Sequence record: OR786310.1
Source of the DNA: Escherichia phage ETEC-TG
Reading direction: 5' to 3' (one strand)
DNA: 64,000 nucleotides
Positions 28,339-36,735 of the stretch are shown here, in pieces; positions within the stretch are counted from its first letter, which is position 1, and each line of letters opens with the position of its first letter. The notes beneath the pieces were generated by a model. The model made no database searches and was not told where the DNA came from. It saw only the letters and a list, made by a program, of their open reading frames with translations. The position numbers were made by a program, and so were the translations under genes.

Positions 28339-28665
28339 TTAAGCGTTCAGTTTGTTGTTGAGTTCGTAAATCTCTTCTTGAAGAGCATCAATCTCTTCCT
28401 CCAAACGGGAGATCTCTTCTTTTAGATATACCATTTCTGATTCTTTCTCTTCTAATTCATTTTCAAATTTTACTTTATTCGCCTCATTTTCATAATGCAG
28501 TTCAGCGTAATCATCACGCATTTGTTCAATAAGATGAATCAGAGATAAGATATAGTTATCCCCAGTTTCATCTCGCCACTCTTCCCCGTGGCGCAAGATT
28601 GTGATTCGTCCAGTGTTTTCATCTAAAATTGTCTCATATTTACGATCATCTGTATAAATCTGCAT
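28339..28665 (-). CDS. hypothetical coiled-coil protein
   Basis: E/L-rich heptad-like C-terminus. Confidence 0.4.
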   Translation of the reverse strand: MQIYTDDRKYETILDENTGRITILRHGEEWRDETGDNYILSLIHLIEQMRDDYAELHYENEANKVKFENELEEKESEMVYLKEEISRLEEEIDALQEEIYELNNKLNA

Positions 28666-28674
28666 TATTACTCC

Positions 28675-29079
28675 TTATTGAAGTTTAAGTGAACCACGAA
28701 GACGTTTCTCTTGCTGATCACGAATATATTGTGGAACCTCGTGAATTGAATCATTACCGTGCCTATTTTCAACAACTAAAGAGATAACTTGATAACCAAA
28801 CTCTTCAGCAAGAGTTAGATAAGGTTTAAGTTCTTTCTCTGTGGTTGAAGTGTTAGAAACAATAATCTTGTTAAGATTAGATGCCATAGCATCACGAACA
28901 ATACTCTGACACCATGCGTGTGCTTTACCTACATTTTCTGGCTTCCAATCGTAAACACCACTTTCTGTGTAATGGTATTGATCTGCCTCACAGATAGGCC
29001 AATAACCTTCAGAAATAATTTCTGCTACCGTAGATTTACCAGCACCTGAAACGCCACGTAAAATGATAAGTTGTTTCAT
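28675..29079 (-). CDS. polynucleotide 5'-kinase (T4 Pnk kinase-domain-like P-loop kinase)
   Basis: MKQLIILRGVSGAGKST parallels T4 Pnk MKKIILTIGCPGSGKST; later IIVSNTSTT parallels VIISDTN. Confidence 0.65.
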   Translation of the reverse strand: MKQLIILRGVSGAGKSTVAEIISEGYWPICEADQYHYTESGVYDWKPENVGKAHAWCQSIVRDAMASNLNKIIVSNTSTTEKELKPYLTLAEEFGYQVISLVVENRHGNDSIHEVPQYIRDQQEKRLRGSLKLQ

Positions 29080-30012
29080 TTATCCTCCAAAGAAGTTTTC
29101 GATTTTTTCACGTCGCTCTTGCTGATTTAAAGCAGCCCATTGAGTCTTCGTAAAATTATTTCGAATCCATTCTAACAAAGCGTAATATTCTTCGTCAACA
29201 ATTTGTTTGGCATTTTTTGGATTATCCCAAATCAGATCCCACTTTTTATCTCCACCACGCATAAGAAACTTCTTAGTAAGATAGTGTGGTGATTTAATTT
29301 TTAAAAGTAAGTTGAACGGATAGTTTGTTTCACGAACTACAAACCCTTCGTGTTTACAATGTTTAGACATTTCAACAACATCTGAAAACTTAACCATTGG
29401 ATGAACTTCAGGACGCTTAAATTTGGTGACAGAAGCAATTCCATCAAGAGCACCTTCAGGTAACATAAAACTTGTCCCATCAGGATTTTGAATTCTGGCA
29501 CCAATTAAGTATGCACCTGGTTCTTCTTCGACAATATGCGGATCAGAAGGATCACAGATTTCAAACAGGAAAGTTGCTTTTGCACTCTCTGCCCATTTGA
29601 TGAAATGTTCTATGTCATCGCACTCTGAAACAATATGATTCTTTGCAATACTTGCAAAATCTGATTCAAGGCTTCCTGTTGTCGATACAATAAGTTGACC
29701 TTTATATACACCTACAGAGGCCATAAAACCATTTACTTTACGAACCACATCTACAAGTTCATCCGCTGGTAGATCTGTGCCATTCTCAAAACGATTAAAA
29801 ATCTTAGTGAAAGGCCAAATAACAACATTGTCATCAGCATCAACAACGATTCCGCGACATTCTAGAAGACGAGAATCAATGCTCCATAAGTTATCCCAGA
29901 AAACTTTGTTCTTATACTTAAGAACAGATAGACCAGAATACTCTCCTTCTTTATATGTTTTCTTATGAACTAAACCTTTTTCAACCAAATCGTCGCAATT
30001 AAATTTAGTCAC
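29080..30012 (-). CDS. RNA ligase, T4 Rnl1-like
   Basis: LLECRGIVV (T4 ALECRGIMF), motif I KVNGF, motif IV EGFVVRE, motif V LLKIKS. Confidence 0.75.
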   Translation of the reverse strand: MTKFNCDDLVEKGLVHKKTYKEGEYSGLSVLKYKNKVFWDNLWSIDSRLLECRGIVVDADDNVVIWPFTKIFNRFENGTDLPADELVDVVRKVNGFMASVGVYKGQLIVSTTGSLESDFASIAKNHIVSECDDIEHFIKWAESAKATFLFEICDPSDPHIVEEEPGAYLIGARIQNPDGTSFMLPEGALDGIASVTKFKRPEVHPMVKFSDVVEMSKHCKHEGFVVRETNYPFNLLLKIKSPHYLTKKFLMRGGDKKWDLIWDNPKNAKQIVDEEYYALLEWIRNNFTKTQWAALNQQERREKIENFFGG

Positions 30013-30013
30013 A

Positions 30014-30565
30014 TTACTCTCCTTTGATTATTTTGTGATGGTCTACAGTCACGATATCTCGTTTACTCATCATAGAAATTATCTCATCAAAATGCAAGAT
30101 TTTTCCGTGTGCATCCCAACCCACATCTAACATTTTACCATAAGCTTCATCAGGGAAAGATCCGTGGGAATGCCCGTGTAGCATGATTGATCCACGACCT
30201 TGTTTATTCCAGGAGGCAATAGGGTAATGACTTAAGACGAAGAACAGCTTCTGGTATTTCACTTCGTCATAATACACCACTTCGCCATACTCTGCAAGCA
30301 CTTCTCGGTGCTTGCTGTAATCATGGTTCCCAACAAGATAAGTGATATCCCCTTGCAGACGGGAAGCAATCTTACGGGTATCTTCTTCAGTCCCGAAACA
30401 GAAGTCGCCCAAATGCCACATCTTAACACCAGGGGTAGTAGCACATTTGTTCCATGCTTCGATCAAGGCTTCTGTCATGTGGTCCATATCTTCCCACGGA
30501 CGATATTCAGGAGCAAACTCTCGAATGCGTTTATGCATAAAATGCAAATCGCTTGTAATAAACAT
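30014..30565 (-). CDS. metallophosphoesterase (calcineurin-like), candidate RNA end-healing phosphatase
   Basis: SDLHF, GDFCFG, GNHD and HGHSHG motifs of the binuclear metallophosphoesterase fold; coupled to the ligase gene. Confidence 0.7.
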   Translation of the reverse strand: MFITSDLHFMHKRIREFAPEYRPWEDMDHMTEALIEAWNKCATTPGVKMWHLGDFCFGTEEDTRKIASRLQGDITYLVGNHDYSKHREVLAEYGEVVYYDEVKYQKLFFVLSHYPIASWNKQGRGSIMLHGHSHGSFPDEAYGKMLDVGWDAHGKILHFDEIISMMSKRDIVTVDHHKIIKGE

Positions 30566-30921
30566 TAGTATAATCCCTCGCTAAATAATTCATGGTCGTG
30601 ACCATTACGCTCATGGTCGATCTGGTCAGCATTTTCCGCGATGATGTAAGCATCCGCACGACTCCACCAATTGTAATACTGATCGATAAAGCCTTGATTA
30701 TCTGGTGTGCACAAAGTTTTGTTGATTACACCTGCTTCTTTCAACACGTTTAACTGTGCATATAGTACAGGATTTGCATGTCGAACACAAGGAATAATTA
30801 ACTCTTCGCCATTATTCAAAATATACTTATTTGCAGCACAGACAATAACACGTTGCGCATAATGACCCTCACCCATCCAGGTAAGAGGTTGGTAACAAAT
30901 GTTGTTTTCAATACCACTCAT
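30565..30921 (-). CDS. hypothetical protein
   Basis: 118 aa ORF. Confidence 0.4.
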   Translation of the reverse strand: MSGIENNICYQPLTWMGEGHYAQRVIVCAANKYILNNGEELIIPCVRHANPVLYAQLNVLKEAGVINKTLCTPDNQGFIDQYYNWWSRADAYIIAENADQIDHERNGHDHELFSEGLY

Positions 30922-31080
30922 TGTTTCCTAATCCTCCTCTCTTAAATTATCCTCGAAAAAACTAGTATCTGGAAGTAAAAGATCATTGCTTGTGTCGGGC
31001 CAATCCTCTTCTTCTCTGTAGATAAAGTAACCTTCGTCCTCTTTTTGTTCCGACCAAACCGAATGATGCATGTTCTCTCC

Positions 31081-31437
31081 TTAGTAGTGCACACGAATCA
31101 TTTTAATACCATAACGCTGCATGGATTCTTTTGCAAGCATGAATTTATCCCCAGCGGCGGGATTAGAAGTATGCACGAAAATGGTAGGTGAACCAAAGCA
31201 AGGTTTACCAAACGCCAGAAGTTCTTCCAGGTGCAGGAAAACATCATACCCATCTTGGTCTGACTCCATACCTAAATCGTTGTCAAAATGCCACTCGTCT
31301 ACAAAACGATAACCCTTCTGCACCTCATTCATGTAACGAGAGGCAAGAAGTTCCTGTGAGGTTTTAAACCAGATTGCATCTGGACAACCATAATCTTTTG
31401 GATCACGTAAATCATCAAGCCAAATAATAGTACCCAT
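31081..31437 (-). CDS. hypothetical protein
   Basis: 118 aa ORF with IIWLDDLRDP and VHTSNPAAG motifs of unknown family. Confidence 0.4.
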   Translation of the reverse strand: MGTIIWLDDLRDPKDYGCPDAIWFKTSQELLASRYMNEVQKGYRFVDEWHFDNDLGMESDQDGYDVFLHLEELLAFGKPCFGSPTIFVHTSNPAAGDKFMLAKESMQRYGIKMIRVHY

Positions 31438-31447
31438 ATAACCTCCT

Positions 31448-31918
31448 CTAAGCTGGCATGATTAAAAAAGAACTCTCCACTTCAAAATGCCAATCATCCA
31501 CAAGCCCTGATTCCCAATCCTTCTCTTCATGGAAAGAGCAAATCCAACGGTACATACCTGGCGGTGTATTCTCAACATCTTCTGGCAACCCATAATCCAA
31601 AGCTGTCTTACCGTTCTCTGTAAAACCAGGATGGAGATTAGGAGCTTTCAGTACAGAAACCATACCTCCAACATCCACAGCTACGATCCACTCTGTCATG
31701 TATGGGCTGTCATATTGAGGCTCATCAGAACCTACCTCAACAGCCTCTGTGCGTAAGATGATAATAGCCTGCTCTGTGATTGGGGCTTTGACAATATACC
31801 CGTGATCCTCAAAAAGATCGATAACCTCGAACTCATCGCCGTTTTCTACACCATAACTCTTATTCAAAGAGATAAACTTCGGGTTATCATCGTAAGCTTT
31901 AGTTACTTTAATTTTCAT
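31448..31918 (-). CDS. hypothetical protein
   Basis: 156 aa ORF. Confidence 0.4.
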   Translation of the reverse strand: MKIKVTKAYDDNPKFISLNKSYGVENGDEFEVIDLFEDHGYIVKAPITEQAIIILRTEAVEVGSDEPQYDSPYMTEWIVAVDVGGMVSVLKAPNLHPGFTENGKTALDYGLPEDVENTPPGMYRWICSFHEEKDWESGLVDDWHFEVESSFLIMPA

Positions 31919-32139
31919 TTTTCCTCCTTCACTTTAACCTCAAATTCTACAGGCTTGCCCTCAATGTAAAAACACTGATACTCTGACTTATCATCCTCAT
32001 CACGAGGCCAAGTTACCAAGGAGTTATAGCAATCTTCTGGTGCTTTGAAGATGGTTTTAGTCTCCACAGTAACATTCCCATTAAGTGTTGCCAATACCAC
32101 CCACCCAGCTATATGGATCATAGTGCCTCCACTTTCCAC
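31915..32139 (-). CDS. hypothetical protein
   Basis: 74 aa ORF. Confidence 0.3.
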   Translation of the reverse strand: MESGGTMIHIAGWVVLATLNGNVTVETKTIFKAPEDCYNSLVTWPRDEDDKSEYQCFYIEGKPVEFEVKVKEEK

Positions 32140-32300
32140 GTTTTACCCTTATCAACCAAGGTCTTTGCTACAGCATACTCCTTCCCATTAACAAGGAAAT
32201 AATAAACGATAAAAGATTTCCCGATTGTTACTGTCTTAGTAACCTCTACACGTTTAACACCTTGCATGTATTTTGCCTTACCGGAATAGAGTAAAATCAT
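32118..32300 (-). CDS. hypothetical protein
   Basis: 60 aa ORF. Confidence 0.3.
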   Translation of the reverse strand: MILLYSGKAKYMQGVKRVEVTKTVTIGKSFIVYYFLVNGKEYAVAKTLVDKGKTWKVEAL

Positions 32301-32578
32301 TTTGCATTCCTCTTGTTGTTGATAACATCCATAGCAGTATATGGTTTATTAGTGCCATGATACTCCAGAATCATTGGAGAGCCTTCTTGCACTACTTCAA
32401 AGATACCATAAACAGAACTTTCAGCAAATACCATTTGCTTCGTTCCTTCATCATTTACAACAAGAGAAAACTTCTTGCCTGTTCCGTTGAGGATCTCGTA
32501 TTTCTTGCCAGCAGTGAATAATCCAGAGTACCACTCATTATCTGTTGCTTTTACACACTTCAGAAAAGTCTTGATCAT
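32297..32578 (-). CDS. hypothetical protein
   Basis: 93 aa ORF. Confidence 0.35.
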   Translation of the reverse strand: MIKTFLKCVKATDNEWYSGLFTAGKKYEILNGTGKKFSLVVNDEGTKQMVFAESSVYGIFEVVQEGSPMILEYHGTNKPYTAMDVINNKRNAK

Positions 32579-32928
32579 TTCTTTTTGCTCCTCTTTTTAG
32601 ATTTCTCATACAAACCTAACACAGCCGCTTCTTTTGCACAAGTAGGAACTGAAGTCATTCCTCTTCTTTTTGCTTCTGGCAGTTGCAAAGTCCATATTCC
32701 CCACCAATAAATTTGGTCTGCCGTGAGTGGTTCAGCCATTGGATCTGCCTCCTGCTCCTCAAGACGTTGCAACGCTTCTTCAATCTTCTCGATTGGTGTG
32801 TCAAAGACGAATGCCTCCGTATCAAATTTATCTTTCTTAGGAACTGATTTGGCTACTTTGAGAACCTCGTTTTTCGGTTTCTTAGTAACGTTCTTTGGCT
32901 TTGATAACTTCTTCGGTGTTTTCGCCAC
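32575..32928 (-). CDS. hypothetical basic protein (Lys-rich termini, possible nucleic-acid binding)
   Basis: 117 aa with K-rich N- and C-termini. Confidence 0.4.
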   Translation of the reverse strand: MAKTPKKLSKPKNVTKKPKNEVLKVAKSVPKKDKFDTEAFVFDTPIEKIEEALQRLEEQEADPMAEPLTADQIYWWGIWTLQLPEAKRRGMTSVPTCAKEAAVLGLYEKSKKRSKKK

Positions 32929-33117
32929 TTACTACCTCCATACGATCTAAAAAGTCATTCACAAATCTCCAGTAACGTTGACCTGTTCTAAGATCTTCAT
33001 AGATAACCACAGGATCAAACACTTTAGATATTCCGGCAGGTTTTGGAAATTCCACTACCGTATATAAACCACCTTTTGCTACACAAGAATAGGTTACGCC
33101 TGTAATTGGATAGTTGC

Positions 33118-33312
33118 TCATTTCTTTACGTACTCCATGATTGGGGTATGGTCGCCAGTAAGCGTAACACGGCTGTAGGACACATCTTGTGTCTTCAGTG
33201 TATCAATCCACTCTAAGAAGTGTTCTTTCGCTTCTGTGTAGTTCTGTGTGCCTTTAACAACGTGTATACCATCTAGAGTTACACGGAATACCATTTGAAT
33301 AACGTCTTTCAT
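33118..33312 (-). CDS. hypothetical protein
   Basis: 64 aa ORF. Confidence 0.35.
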   Translation of the reverse strand: MKDVIQMVFRVTLDGIHVVKGTQNYTEAKEHFLEWIDTLKTQDVSYSRVTLTGDHTPIMEYVKK

Positions 33313-33408
33313 TTCTTACCTCCTTTGTTATCAAAATAACTTACCAGAACATCGTGAACCACACACATGGCAAAAATCAGAACAATTGTTGTCAGGACCG
33401 GATTCTCA

Positions 33409-33732
33409 CTAATTAGTGCTATCATCTTTAACCACCTCCAATTGCCTTTCGAGTTTGACTTTGTTTGAGAACTGATAATGACACAACTTACATTGCATGT
33501 CAACAATCTGATCGTGATTTAACCCTACAATTTTAACTTCCTTTGCACCATCCCACTCCAAATACTCAAATCCATCCAAATGATTACTCTTGTCCAACAG
33601 GAATGCTATCTGCTGCCATTCAATCTGAATGTCATTTAAATGATATGCTGCACAGAAGATATCTTCATAGTAAAAGACGATCATTGTCATTGCTTCGTCC
33701 AGCACAACTACCTCTTGTCTTGTAAATCTCAT
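33409..33732 (-). CDS. hypothetical protein (first gene of the minus-strand block)
   Basis: 107 aa ORF with RBS AGGAGG, adjacent to the divergent control region. Confidence 0.4.
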   Translation of the reverse strand: MRFTRQEVVVLDEAMTMIVFYYEDIFCAAYHLNDIQIEWQQIAFLLDKSNHLDGFEYLEWDGAKEVKIVGLNHDQIVDMQCKLCHYQFSNKVKLERQLEVVKDDSTN

Positions 33733-33984
33733 TCTAGCCTCCTAAACGCGTCTCTGACGCACTTTTTATATATAAGATGATAAATCACCTTACCTAGTAA
33801 GTAAACTTGCTCTACGAGCCTCTTATGAAGCTTGTGTTATAGGCTATACTATTGCTACCTGTTTAAGCAAGGTTTTTGCACACAGAAAATAATTTTTAAT
33901 AAAACTCTTGACTTTTGTGTTCGAAGTATGCTACCCTAGAAATCTATTAACGAGCGCAGCGAGTTAAGGTTTTAAGGTTGTTGA

Positions 33985-34190
33985 TGTAGTACTCTGTACT
34001 CAAGTACTGTACTCCGTACTAGATTAATAATTATTAAATATTAATAATAAATAATTATTAGATCTAACAAACAGGTACAGTGTATCAGAACTGGTACGTA
34101 CAGATCAACTTCTATCAATTAAAAATAAAATAATAAATTATTATAAATAATACTTGATCTATAGATCGGTATGAAGTACAGTACGGAACA
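33985..34190. repeat. repeat-dense AT-rich divergent control region (candidate bidirectional promoter/origin)
   Basis: Five GTACT within about 32 bp (33989..34020), an AT-rich core with palindrome TTAATAATTATTAA (34021..34063), further GTAC copies at 34075..34101 and 34176..34184, palindrome GATCTATAGATC. Confidence 0.5.
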
Positions 34191-34214
34191 TCTTAACAAG
34201 AATGGAGGTGTGCA

Positions 34215-34400
34215 ATGATTAGTGAGAATCCGTGCAAATGGCATCATGTGCCTATTAAAGATTGTATGTCTTGTAATCCACGTTCTATTTATAACATTGC
34301 ATCTTATGATGATGACAATGTGTTAGACGATGATGAAGGCTGGGAGGATTTAGATTGGACTGGTTATGAAACCAAAAAGGATAAAATTATTCCTGGTTGA
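34215..34400 (+). CDS. hypothetical protein
   Basis: 61 aa ORF with RBS AATGGAGG. Confidence 0.4.
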   Translation: MISENPCKWHHVPIKDCMSCNPRSIYNIASYDDDNVLDDDEGWEDLDWTGYETKKDKIIPG

Positions 34401-34437
34401 CTTAAGATATCCTTCGTGCTAAACTAGAAGTGAGGAG

Positions 34438-34689
34438 ATGCCGATCACTCCCCATTTGGGGTTCGAAGGATATATGCAAAATAGCTTTTATTTTAGGTGC
34501 CGTGCTTGTAATAGGCATTTGACAAACCACTCCAGACGTGATAAAAATGGAGTCATCAAGGAATCAGACCTCTGTTCTATTTGCACAGGTTTGGCTTTTG
34601 ATGATAGTCCCGAAAGGGTTTATCAGCATCAATGTATAACAGACGTTCTCGTGTCAAACTTGGTAGAGGACGAACAACTAACAGATTAG
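34438..34689 (+). CDS. hypothetical Cys-rich protein
   Basis: 83 aa with CRAC...CSIC motifs. Confidence 0.35.
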   Translation: MPITPHLGFEGYMQNSFYFRCRACNRHLTNHSRRDKNGVIKESDLCSICTGLAFDDSPERVYQHQCITDVLVSNLVEDEQLTD

Positions 34690-34698
34690 GAGGAACAA

Positions 34699-34946
34699 TG
34701 TCTCTATTAGAAAAACACGTGTTTGAAGATGGTAACGGCAATGCAGTTTTTCTTTTCCATCCAGAAAAATACACATCTGAAAACAATGGTACAACTTCTA
34801 TTGTAATCACTAAAGATGTTAAAGTTATTGATTTCTTGGCTCTGATGCGAGAGATGGATCTTGAAATTAATACTTTTAACGCAGAAGCTTTGGTTGTTGC
34901 TCTTCTGGAAAAGAAAGATAGTGAAGAAGTAGCAGAATATGCTTAA
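34699..34946 (+). CDS. hypothetical protein
   Basis: Start at MSLLEKH preceded by TTAGGAGGAACA; the upstream ATG in the track lacks an RBS. Confidence 0.4.
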
Positions 34947-34953
34947 ATAACTA

Positions 34954-34983
34954 TTGACAAACGTATCCTTCATATGTTAGGAT
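34954..34983 (+). promoter_or_regulatory. sigma70-like promoter (TTGACA, 18 nt, TAGGAT) upstream of tRNA array
   Basis: -35 TTGACA at 34954..34959 and -10-like TAGGAT at 34978..34983. Confidence 0.4.
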
Positions 34984-35192
34984 ACGTTCATCAAGTGTGG
35001 TAACAGGGTCGTTGACTTTTGTTAAGAGGGGCTTGCACTGCGGTAGTGTTAGAGACTACTTCTTCAGAGGTTAGCTACCAAAGAGGAAAAGGAATAGTCT
35101 CGGCTCAAGAACTTTTACGCTGAAAGTTGGGCTTGGTCTTAGAGAATGTAGCGGTTCTCTACAATCGTCAGCGTCTCTGTTACCACATTTAC

Positions 35193-35267
35193 GGCCCTGT
35201 AGCTCAATGGGAGAGCTGTCGGCTCATAACCGATAGGTAGCTGGATCGAAACCAGCCAGGGCCACCA
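35193..35267 (+). tRNA. tRNA-Met (CAT)
   Basis: Manual cloverleaf: acceptor GGCCCTG/CAGGGCC, anticodon loop CTCATAA, T-stem GCTGG/CCAGC, encoded CCA. Confidence 0.65.
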
Positions 35268-35269
35268 AC

Positions 35270-35344
35270 GTCTTTATGGTGTAATGGATAGCACAGGAGT
35301 CTTCTAAACTCTTAGTCAAGGTTCGATTCCTTGTAAAGACACCA
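35270..35344 (+). tRNA. tRNA-Arg (TCT)
   Basis: Acceptor GTCTTTA/TAAAGAC, anticodon loop CTTCTAA, T-loop TTCGATT, encoded CCA. Confidence 0.65.
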
Positions 35345-35540
35345 GAACATTTTAACATGAATTAGCTCAAGTGATTTGAACCCACTACTGATCATGGTGG
35401 CAGAGAATGAGGCAAGTATGTCAGACATTATAAACAAAGGCCACGGTTATATTAGAAGACATAAATGCTCGAAGAGCACCGTTCGTGGAGAACGGGGGTT
35501 GGTGGAGTCACCATTCATGGTAAAATGTTTTAAAAAACTA

Positions 35541-35570
35541 TTGACAACTAACATTATTTTATGTTAGATT
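35541..35570 (+). promoter_or_regulatory. sigma70-like promoter (TTGACA, 18 nt, TAGATT) internal to tRNA array
   Basis: -35 TTGACA 35541..35546, -10-like 35565..35570, 8 nt upstream of tRNA-Ser. Confidence 0.4.
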
Positions 35571-35578
35571 ATAAGTAT

Positions 35579-35669
35579 GGAAGGGCAAATCGACGTGGCG
35601 ACGAAAACGGTCTTGAAAACCGCCGAGCTTGAAAGAGCCTTGGGAGTTCGACTCTCCCTCCTTCCGCCA
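35579..35669 (+). tRNA. tRNA-Ser (TGA), class II
   Basis: Acceptor GGAAGGG/TCCTTCC, anticodon loop CTTGAAA, long variable arm, T-arm GGGAG-TTCGACT-CTCCC, discriminator G, CCA. Confidence 0.6.
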
Positions 35670-35673
35670 GATT

Positions 35674-35759
35674 GGTAGATTGGTGAAATGGTAGCCACGA
35701 CAGTTTGCTAAACTGTAGTCGGAAACGGCGTGTAGGTTCGAGTCCTACATCTACCGCCA
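35674..35759 (+). tRNA. tRNA-Ser (GCT), class II
   Basis: Acceptor GGTAGAT/ATCTACC, anticodon stem-loop ACAGT-TTGCTAA-ACTGT, long variable arm, discriminator G, CCA. Confidence 0.6.
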
Positions 35760-35900
35760 AGTTCTTTTTAATATAGCTTACTTTAGCAGAGTAAATCTTC
35801 GGCAAGTGGCGGTAACCACTTTACCGATAACTCATAGTTAGTGGTGTGAACACTGGCTATTTTAAAAAGAATTTAAAAAGAATTTAAATATTAGTATTTA

Positions 35901-35988
35901 GGTGAGTTAATTCCGTAGGGGTAGCGGGGCAGACTGTAAATCTGTTATCATTGCGATTCGGGTGGTTCGACTCCATCACTCACCACCA
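35901..35988 (+). tRNA. tRNA-Tyr (GTA), class II
   Basis: Acceptor GGTGAGT/ACTCACC, anticodon stem-loop GCAGA-CTGTAAA-TCTGT, long variable arm, discriminator A, CCA; extra nucleotides between acceptor and D-stem. Confidence 0.55.
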
Positions 35989-35994
35989 AATTAA

Positions 35995-36080
35995 GATGAG
36001 TTGGCTGAATGGTTTAAGCGGCGGACTGTTAATCCGTGTTCGAAAGAACGATATAGGTTCAAATCCTATACTCATCGCCA
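35995..36080 (+). tRNA. class II (long variable arm) tRNA with GTT anticodon (Asn codons)
   Basis: Acceptor GATGAGT/ACTCATC, D-stem GCT/AGC, anticodon stem-loop GCGGA-CTGTTAA-TCCGT, variable hairpin GTTC-GAAA-GAAC, T-arm ATAGG-TTCAAAT-CCTAT, discriminator G, CCA. Confidence 0.55.
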
Positions 36081-36087
36081 GAATTAT

Positions 36088-36165
36088 GGACTTGTAGAGT
36101 TAAGGTAAACCCCCAGTCGCCAAGAGGCTTCTGGAATTGCAGGTATCGAATCCTGCCGAGTCCCA
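36088..36165 (+). ncRNA. irregular tRNA-like element (anticodon region not canonical)
   Basis: Acceptor GGACTTG pairs with CGAGTCC; T-arm GCAGG with 8-nt loop TATCGAAT; the anticodon position is a 4-bp stem CCAG/CTGG enclosing 14 nt; fills the slot between two tRNAs. Confidence 0.3.
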
Positions 36166-36170
36166 GCTTT

Positions 36171-36245
36171 GCTCCTATAGTATAATGGCTATTACAACGG
36201 TTTTGTAATCCGTGGATCTCTGTTCGATTCAGAGTGGGAGCACCA
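36171..36245 (+). tRNA. tRNA-Thr (TGT)
   Basis: Acceptor GCTCCTA/TGGGAGC (one GU pair), anticodon loop TTTGTAA, T-arm CTCTG-TTCGATT-CAGAG, CCA. Confidence 0.6.
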
Positions 36246-36522
36246 ACACAACATTAAGAGCACTGTGATTGATCGTCGTATCCTGTGCACAAGGTCTGTT
36301 CGAAAGACAGTGTTCTTAGTATTGTGTTGATCACACAAAAAAAGAGTTACCTGAAACTTGACCGGAGTAGGGTTGGATGGGGCAAAAGAAGAAGCGGCTC
36401 TCCCATCGACAGCAACGAAGAATAATATTTGACTTTGGTTTTGTATTATTTTAAGTTAGCTTACCGAACGTAGGGCTAGTCACCCAACGGGATACTCGTC
36501 ACTGTCCCACTCAATAAAACTA

Positions 36523-36552
36523 TTGACAACCAATAGTAAAATGTAGTATAGT
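36523..36552 (+). promoter_or_regulatory. sigma70-like promoter (TTGACA, 18 nt, TATAGT)
   Basis: -35 TTGACA 36523..36528 and -10 TATAGT 36547..36552, about 12 nt upstream of tRNA-Gly. Confidence 0.45.
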
Positions 36553-36563
36553 AAAGATGTAGG

Positions 36564-36637
36564 GCGTTCTTGGTGTAGCGGTAGCATTCCGTCCTTCCAA
36601 GTCGGCGGCACGAGTTCGATCCTCGTAGAACGCTCCA
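36564..36637 (+). tRNA. tRNA-Gly (TCC)
   Basis: Acceptor GCGTTCT/AGAACGC, anticodon loop CTTCCAA, T-arm ACGAG-TTCGATC-CTCGT, CCA. Confidence 0.6.
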
Positions 36638-36735
36638 AATTATTTAATAAAGGGTTGCCAGAAAACTTTCTCTTTTACTCATGGTTTTCTCCTTCTCTCA
36701 CACCTCTTCTGGTTGCCCTTCATTAAATGATTTAT

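Noticed and set aside
34021-34065. AT-rich palindromic stretch as a possible transposon inverted repeat
   Set aside because: No transposase nearby and no target-site duplication; better explained as part of the divergent control/origin region.
35569-35805. 78 aa minus-strand ORF (and plus-strand ORF 35376..35567) in the tRNA region
   Set aside because: Overlaps tRNA-Ser genes on the opposite strand and has no RBS; an artefact of translating structured RNA sequence.
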